From: the human T2T-CHM13v2.0 reference genome, Homo sapiens
Assembly (NCBI RefSeq): GCF_009914755.1
Contig: NC_060930.1
Reading direction: 5' to 3' (one strand)
DNA: 64,000 nucleotides
Shown here piece by piece: positions 55,591-64,000 of this stretch. The notes under the pieces were generated by a model that ran no database searches, was not told the origin of the DNA, and was given only the letters and a program-made list of their open reading frames with translations. Position numbers and translations under genes: made by a program. Numbering within the stretch: position 1 is the stretch's first letter; every line of letters starts with the position of its first letter.

Positions 55591-58459
55591 TAGGGAGTGG
55601 GAGCTATGGAGAAATGAGGAGTCAGGGAGGAAGCAGCCATTCAGATGTAGGCCTTCAAGTGCTGTGCTGAGTTATACCCACATTACACTAGTACAATTCA
55701 GAGATGAAAGGTCTGGATTATTATTATTTCCAGGTAGCACCATTCTGGAGGCACATCTACCATTATGGAAAAGATTCGTTTTAGTACCCAGGCAAGGCAT
55801 GGTACATAATTGCAAAGAATGGGCTGCACTTTACAACTGGATGGTGTATCTAAAACATATTAATAACAACAGACCTAAACTGTGTTGCAGAATCCATCCT
55901 CTCACCAGAATACCAACTTTATTTCAATGAAAGACTGAGTGGTTCAGGGTGTTGTGCTGCCTTAACAGGGAAATTTGAGGCCTTATTCTGATGAGCACCC
56001 TTTAAGCAGCCTCCTTCAGTTACTAGTTTCTCTCTCCGCTCTTCACAGCCAACCTTCCTGAAATGGTCTTTCTTATCTTCATTTTTGTGCTCATCTACTC
56101 CTCAGCCAACACTTGTAGCAATCTGGTTTTGTGATGCCCTTCCACGTATCTCTGCCATCGTGTCACCCCCACACTCTCTACTTAATCTCTCAATGCAACA
56201 GAGACTTTTCAGTTCTTGTGTTACTTGAATCATCAATTATGAACTTATAACTACTCATATAAAACCTTTGATAATTAAAATCAGATTTCTAATATTCATT
56301 CATTCATTCATAATATTCCTTTGCTGACATTACTAGTTTCAATTCTGGCTGTTTTGGTTCTAGACTACAAACTAAATACAACAAACCCCATAAGAATGCA
56401 AATAGCCGTGATTCCTCTCCCAAAGCTCTTTGATTGTGCCTCCCCAGCATTCCTTCCTGACTAATTCCATCTTGTATTCCAAAATTGACTCTGGCACTAA
56501 ATCCTAAGAGGAGATTTTTTTTTAACCTACTACCAAAGTGAATTAGGCCACTTTTCCTCTGCACTCCCATGAAACAGTTGTGCCCTCGCTGCCATTTGAA
56601 TGAGTAAACACATGAATTAATCAATGGGTTAATGCTTAGCAATTTGTGGGAGCTCTCAACTTGAGAATAATATGCTTAAGGACAGGGATTATGCCTTACT
56701 CCTAGTCCCTCTTGCAACCCATGCCAAGAAACCTGACATTTTAAAATACCATATTAGTATTTGTTTAATGAGAAAATTTTAGAATGCATATATAAATGTA
56801 GCTACTCATTTTTCTTCACTTTTCTATTCTAAAGTCCAAAAATCTGTTTAGTCCTTACTTGCTACAAACCTGTATTCTAATAAATATTGTTCTCACTTGG
56901 AAAATAAACTCCCATCTCTTTACCAATAATTTTAAGGGCAAAAAAATAAAAAAAATAAAAATAAAAGGATTATGTAATAAGAAGCCCCAGATAGAATGGC
57001 TTGAGTAGGCTGAGGCTTATTCTTTCACATCAGTAGAAGAGTTGGTCCACAGCCAGTATGAAGTCTCACAGATCAAGAGGCTCTTTCTGCCATCTCTTCC
57101 ACATGGCTCACCACCTATTCTGCACACCGCCTGGTGGGAGGAGGCAAAAAGAAAGGAGGTGTATAGATGCCCATTCCCTTGCAGACACAGACAGAAAGTT
57201 GTACATATGTGCTCAGATTAAATGTGGAGGTTATCTTTCTAGAAGAAGGAAGAATAGCTGTAAGGAGACAACAGTCTCCTCCAAACACTAATTTAAAAAC
57301 AAAATATTTTAAGCAAAATGTAAAAAATTATCTGAATTTTCTAATTAGTGTTTGAGATATAGTATAAACAAAAGAAAAATACTATTATAAAATAAAGGGA
57401 TTTTTGAAGCTGCAGAACAAATTTTGAGATTTCAGTCTTTTATGAGCATAATTAAAACAATTGTTCAATAGAGTAGGAAACTCATCTTATTTGCCATTAT
57501 TTGTCAAAATTTACCACAGTAAATGCTAGAGACTCAATGTCCTTAAGTTTGCACAGAGTATTATTTATACAGGCTAATTTCATCATGTCTATAAAATATC
57601 AGAAATGAAGGCATCTAAAACTATAAAATTATTTTTCTATCTGATTCCACCATTATTATTGTTTTCAATGAAAAATAATTTTAGTATTATAAAACTACCT
57701 GCAGATGGCCATGGTATTCTTTTGTTAAAGACTTGCAGAATTCTGATAATGTAAGATAATATTTATTACATTTTTGTCCTTGTACATTTTTTAGAGCATA
57801 TTTCTTGAGAAATTCTAATAAGACTTTTAAATATCATATAGTTCTAAAGACTTGTATACAAATTTAATGAGCTTCTGCCTAAAATTATGCTAAAAAGTAG
57901 ATATTTGAGAATAATTTGAAGAAAATTTTGACTTAATGTTATATTTTCTGAAGTACAATATTCTAATGACAAAGATTTTTAAGACCTTGTACTAGATTTT
58001 TGTGAACACAGCAAGGTATTACATCATGATGTCTGGAGTAAGTGGCCTAGGAGAAGAAGTAAAAGCTAGAAAAGAGATGACTTTTTATTAGATTAGGTAG
58101 GCAGAAATAATAGAACCATTTTAACAGATGCTCAAAGCTCCAAAGATGTGAATGAGAAAACTTACAGGAATATAGATTTTTAAGAAAGTGTATTTTCTGC
58201 TTTAATTTTTGATTCAGAAATTAATTTTGGAAAAAAGCAGTGTTGAATCTGCACATGCTTTATTTTACCTGTAAAACAATAGGGCCGAGTTGACAATGTA
58301 AATCTCGTAGAAGGTATCAGGACCCTTCCACTCTTGGAGATCATGTTTGTGAGCCAGGACTGTGTGGACTGTCACAGCAGAGGCCATGGGGCCAGGGTAG
58401 GGACAATGGAGAGACAAATTCAGCCTGCAAGTTTAACAAAAAAAGAAAATGTTTAATTT

Positions 58460-58640
58460 TTTTAATTGGACTTTAATTTTTGGAGAAGTTTTAGGTTCAC
58501 AGCTAAATTGAGTGTAAGGTGCAGAGATTTCCCACATACCCTTTTCAGAACACATGCATAGCTGCTGCCACCTCCAGTCCCTTATCAGTGTCCTCTACCA
58601 GAGTGGTACTTTTGTTAGAAGTTATAAACTTACATTGATG
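58460..58640 (-). mobile_element. L1MC-type 3' end
   Basis: agttttaggttcacagctaaattgag..cagagatttccca..ccagagtggtac. Confidence 0.7.
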
Positions 58641-58704
58641 TTTGATCATTTTAATATGGCCTTTTAGGTTAAAAATGTTAAAATTAAAATAAATGTTGCT
58701 ATCA

Positions 58705-58930
58705 CCTGGTTTATTAGAAAAAATGTAGGCTTTAGGGTTACACGAGTGTAAATTCAAATCCTGAGTCTGTAACTCCCGACTGTGCCGTCATTAACATTTT
58801 AATCTTTCTAAAAATCTATGAAGTAAGTATTATGAAAGTTACTTCGCAGGATTGTTCTTAGAATTAAATGAGATTATGGAGACAAAGCACCTGTCACCCT
58901 GTGTTTGACATGTGGTAAGCATTCAGTGCA
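58705..58930 (+). mobile_element. MIR
   Basis: ttcaaatcctg..aggattgtt..gaattaaatgagat..aaagcac..tggtaagcattcag. Confidence 0.7.
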
Positions 58931-59598
58931 TAACTTGATAGCTAGCCAGATTTTGTTCCTACCTATAATGTGTTAAGCTTTTATTACATGGAAAATAAAC
59001 TATGCTGACTTCTCCTTTCTCAATAACACTAGATAACTAAAGCAGTAATAGTACAGATTATTAATAATTATTTGTTATAATATAATGGGAATCATGTCTA
59101 TGTCACTGGTCTCCAAAGAAGGGCTTACCCCACAATAGTTTATACAAACAGGTGCATTGGTATGTGGGGAAAAACATGAGAACTTCCATTTATTTTTTTA
59201 TCTTTTAAAATTTAAAATTTTTGAATCTATTGAAATTATAGTATATCTGTACATGTTTCATTTATAAATAAATAAATATACACACATCGTGGGTGTATGT
59301 ATAAACTTTTTTGAAGACTCATGAACAAAATGTTTGAGCCAATAGGTATACTCAGTGAGCATTCATAAAGTAGATGTCACAGTGTTTTTATTGGGTGTCT
59401 GCTACATGAACAGGACTAGGTATTAAATCTTTAAAGGCAAATCAGATATGGATATGGATTTTTACTTTAAAAAGCTTAAAGTCTAAAAGCGATATTAGCA
59501 CATACTAATAAAAAACTATATTACTAGGCAGAAAGCCATTCTATTAAGAACACACAATTAAACAAAATCATTTTTAGCTTGTGGGAGATAATATTTGA

Positions 59599-59915
<317 letters not shown>

Positions 59916-60733
59916 CCAATAGATTTTTAAAAGAATTTTAAGCGGAAAATTTGAGTTATGTTTGAATACCATTAATTTATTATTTTGTCCATTCATTTAT
60001 GAAACTCTTGTTTGTCAAGTACTATGGTCATGCCCAATGCTAAGCATGCAAAATACAAACATAAATTACATGCTCTTCATTTTCTCAAAAGACTCATAAT
60101 CTAGCGCAATAGTCATGTAAACATACTCACTTCATTTTATGAATGTACCACAGAGTTATTTATTAAAAAAAAAAAAAATGTGATGGTGACAATGCAGGGA
60201 ATGCTTATTCTGCCCAGATGTGTTTTAAAGGCTTCACTGAATCAAGAGAGAAGTCAGAAAACATAACAGTCCAAGATAGAAATTGAGTTACGCTGCAGCC
60301 TTTATTTGTGTGGCTGGAGGCTGGAGGAACAGTGATGGAGAAAAGGCTAGACAGTTCAGTTGAGCCCAGGTCCATGGGACCATGTATCCCCAAAAAAGGC
60401 ATTTGCCCTTTGTCTTATAGTTCATGCAGATTAGAGGTTTTTAAGAGGGATGTGATGCAATCACTTTTGTTATGTAGAAAGATGATTTAGGTAGTAGGTT
60501 GAGGAAAGGAAAAAGGGGACAAAGATGGGAGGCAAAAGAGAACAGACACAACACAACTATAGTTCAGGAAGATGAAGAAATTGGGACCTAAGTAACTACA
60601 GTGAAGATAAAGACAAAAATATAATATTAAATCATATTTGGGAGGAAGAGTCTTAGCTAAATCTGATACAGGTGTTTAGGGAGAAGGACATGTTCAGAAT
60701 GATGGAGATGTTTGGTGACATGGAGGGTGATGG

Positions 60734-61128
60734 TATCAGTCAGCTAGGGGTGTCTTAACAGGATACCAGAGTCAGAGTTGCTTAAAAAACAGAAATTTAT
60801 TTCCTTCCAGTCTGGAGGCTGAATGTCCAAGATTAAGGTGCTGGTAGGGTTGGTTTCTTCTGAGCCTCTCCCTGGCTTGCAGATGGCTGCCCTCACACTG
60901 TGTCCTCACATGGCCACTCCCCTGTGTGCACACAGCTCTGGTATCTCTTCCTCTTCTTATAAGGACACCCATTGTATTGGATTAGAGCTCCACCTTTATG
61001 ACCTCATTTAATCTTAATTATCTCTTTAAAAGTAATTGAAGGGCTTTTAAGAGCCCTGTCTTCAAATACAGTCATACTGAGTATAAGGGCTTCAACATGC
61101 AAATTCTGGGGGAATATAGTTCCGAACA
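60734..61128 (-). mobile_element. MLT1A-like MaLR LTR
   Basis: aacagaaatttattt..tctggaggctg..tccaagat..ggcttgcagatggctgcc..tataaggacac..atgacctcatttaa..ttcaacat. Confidence 0.85.
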
Positions 61129-61902
61129 GTGATGCAGTATCTTAAAGATGAGGGAAAGTTTAGTGGTGTGGTAGAGTTAATTAATTATGTGTTTGACAGA
61201 GTAACCAATATTTCTGTGAAATAACTGAAATTAAGAGGAAAGAAAGATACTTAAACATTTCATAATTAGAATGGGAAGTTATATCATTATCCATGTTTTC
61301 AGGCATTGAGACCCACAGAATTGAAGATAACAGAGAGAAACTTAGAAATAAGGAAAATAATATTATAATGTGGGCATTGTGTTATAAACACAGATTTGTA
61401 ATATAACAAACATAACATAAATTCATAATTCTGCTACAAATATATAACTACAGCATGCTGCCCACAATGTAACTCATTATCTTCCATATTTTAAGTGCTT
61501 ACCTGTTATATTCAAGCCTATGAATCTCAATACATAATATGTAGCTATAACATTAATTAGAAGGTGTGCATGTGTGTATTTGTATATACATATATACACA
61601 CAAGCACATATATATATGTGTGTTTCTGTTTGTATTTATTTGTATATTTGGAGGTACATTAGTAAATGTATAGATGGTTATTGAATAAGATTGTCCAGAC
61701 ATATGTGTTTTGTAAAAGAGAGGAGGAACAACAGTATATAAAAGCCAAGTAGACTATATTGATATGAAAACAGTGTGTAGGTTGAAATGTGAGAGAGGAA
61801 AAGATATGGACATGTGTCTGGAGGCTATTGCAGAAATTCTGTAATGAAAGCTGAATATAGGCACTACCATGGTTGATGGAAAAAGGGGAGAATAGGACAG
61901 AC

Positions 61903-62600
61903 TTATTCATTTATTAAGTATTTACTGAGTGCCTAGTGGAGTCTAGGCTATGTGCTAGACCCTGGAGACTCAACCAAAAACAAGATGTCCCTACCCTCAT
62001 AAAGCTGATATCCTAGTGAGAAATAATATAATTAAACCAACAATTAATGGTAAAAATAACTTCTACAACCATGTGGTTGACAGCAAAAAGAACAGAAGCT
62101 CTTAAACTACTGTTGGGAGTGTAGGAAAGGCTTTTTTTTCCCCCCCAGAGGAAAGGGCATTTAATCTGAGATTCAAAATAAATATAACTTACCTTGACAA
62201 AGTAATTTACAAGATAGGAGGAGTGGATGGTTTAGTAAGGAAGATACTATACAAAGGACCAAAAGATTGCAAAGACTGTGGGGGCATTGAAGAAATAAAA
62301 GGCTCGTGAATACGGCCAAAGTGGCTGCAAGGGGAAGATGAGTCTGAAAAGTTGAGACAGAAGGAATATACATACAGAAATAAAAACTAAGAGAATATGC
62401 CATTGAAGAATCCAACATAAAATGTCGTTGACTATGGGCAATCCTTTTGAGCAAACAACAAAATAACATTGCTGCATAAAAAAAAAAAGTAGCAAAGATG
62501 CTGTTGTTCTTAATGAGGACAGTTCCAGAAGTTAGGGATAGAAGCTACTCTGTAGTGGACTGATAAATAAGTGGATATTGAGACAGTAGAGGCATTGAAT
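61903..62600 (-). mobile_element. L2 3' remnant
   Basis: attcatttattaagtatttactgagtgccta..aggctatgtgctag..tccctaccctcat. Confidence 0.65.
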
Positions 62601-62895
62601 AGAGACCTATTATAGAAGCCTAATTAATCCATTTATTGTTGACTTACTGAAAATATTATAGATAGATTTCAGAGTTCAAGATACCTAGAAATTTGAGCAC
62701 TGGTGATGCTATAGTACAAACAATGGAAACCAAAAAATAGTGTAATTATCTCTTTGAGATGTTGAGATGCAATTATGAACAGCCTGGAATTCTATTCCAG
62801 GGAAATAGTATCTTTTAGGGATGAAGGTGACATGAATTTATTTTCAATCAAAGAAAAACTGAAAGCCTTCATCATCAGCAGATTTATACTGCAGG

Positions 62896-62955
62896 AAATA
62901 CCAAAGATTCATGCTACAAGAAATACCAAAGATTCATGCTACAAGAAATACCAAA
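62896..62955 (+). repeat. 25-bp tandem duplication (2.4 copies) in an L1 ORF1 remnant
   Basis: aaataccaaagattcatgctacaag x2 plus aaataccaaa. Confidence 0.9.
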
Positions 62956-64000
62956 AGAAATTATTGCAGATGAAAAATTTTAAAGTTATGTGAAGCATAG
63001 GATGAGACTATATTTTTTCAGAGAGGACTTACCTTTGCTTCTGTCAGGCAGCCAGAGAAACTTGCAATCTGGGATCGCCTTAACCCAAGCTCAAGGATCA
63101 AGATGATTCAAAGTTGGGCATCAGTCCCCGAGAGAGCAAGCTACTTGTAATTCACCCTGACTCCTATCAAAAGAGCTGCTCATCTCCTTAGACTTTCAGC
63201 CAAATTTTCAGGAACCGCAGATGTCCCTAAGGAAAAAGTAGGCTCAATTGCCAAGCTTACTTGTCTAGGTTTCAGCTTCTCCCAGATCTTGGCCTTCAGA
63301 GCTCTCCAAAGCATTCAAGTATTTGAATATTTATCCAGTTTTTTTAGTGTCTTTAGCAGGAGTGTTAGTAGGAATTATTTAATCTACCATTACCAGAAAT
63401 AGAAGTCTGAAGTTTGTGCTATGTAAATAACCAAGTAACCAAACTTCAAAATGTAAATTGCTTTAACACAGTCACATAAAACAAGTAGGACCATTACACT
63501 GACGTTGTCCTTGGATATGTGCTTTTGCCAGAAGTACACCAATATATAGTCTGAATGGGGAGCCATTTGTTTCAAGAGTGAAGCAAAATCCTGCCTTGCC
63601 TAATGCTCAGAATTTCCTTCTATTGGATTCTCAACTTCTACGTAAGGTATTGTCTTGTAAAGACAACAGAAAAAGAACACATACTGAAGAGAGTCCACAT
63701 GCATACATTGTAACATCAACATTTTTATCAGTTCCATATGGTAAGCTGCCACCAAGAAGAGAAACATTTGTATTGATTTTTTTTCTGATTAAAAAAGTAA
63801 ATATTTAGACAATAGAGAAAAATATAAAGAGTAAAAATATTCCCTATGATCTTACCACTTGTATATAATTACTATGAACATTTTGTTACATATTGTTCCA
63901 TTCCTGAATTATATGTTACATCTATACTATACATTATATTTAGTAAACATGTTTAAAGTTTTCAAATAAAAATGTAACCATGCTGCAGATACTCTTTCCT

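Noticed and set aside
58300-58430. Segment translating ..SRGHGARVGTM.. as the catalytic His exon (HGTRCAG)
   Set aside because: Similarity too weak, no convincing splice sites, and the preceding DDG exon was not found between 53737 and 64000

Overview
AT-rich primate genomic DNA, probably human (AluY/S/J, L1PA/L1M, L2, MIR, MER/LTR elements). I find no intact protein-coding exon, and almost all ORF-track entries are repeat-derived or chance. The main discovery is a + strand, intron-containing, disabled gene for a kexin/furin-family proprotein convertase (PCSK-like) at about 46150-53736. Four to five exons rebuild a degenerate signal peptide, the S8 prodomain (IEDGVET..VATKYGLRALEK / VFTETYYE / VKWMEHQTAHYRDK*), an unusually long linker, and the start of the catalytic domain (FNDPYWPMQWKL). 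Several intron positions match furin/PCSK1. It carries stops, frameshifts and a lost donor next to an AluY. It matches none of the known human PCSKs as I recall them, so it is a candidate unitary pseudogene of an additional convertase. Its catalytic exons should lie beyond the right edge. A promoter-like region at about 14.7-15.6 kb may be bidirectional: there are candidate non-coding exons on the - strand (8.8-9.1 kb, 2.3-2.4 kb, 0.8 kb) and on the + strand (18.7-18.9 kb). I could not name the host gene. Two inverted repeats and several unusual retrotransposition products are also present. Repeat boundaries are approximate unless target-site duplications (TSDs) are quoted.
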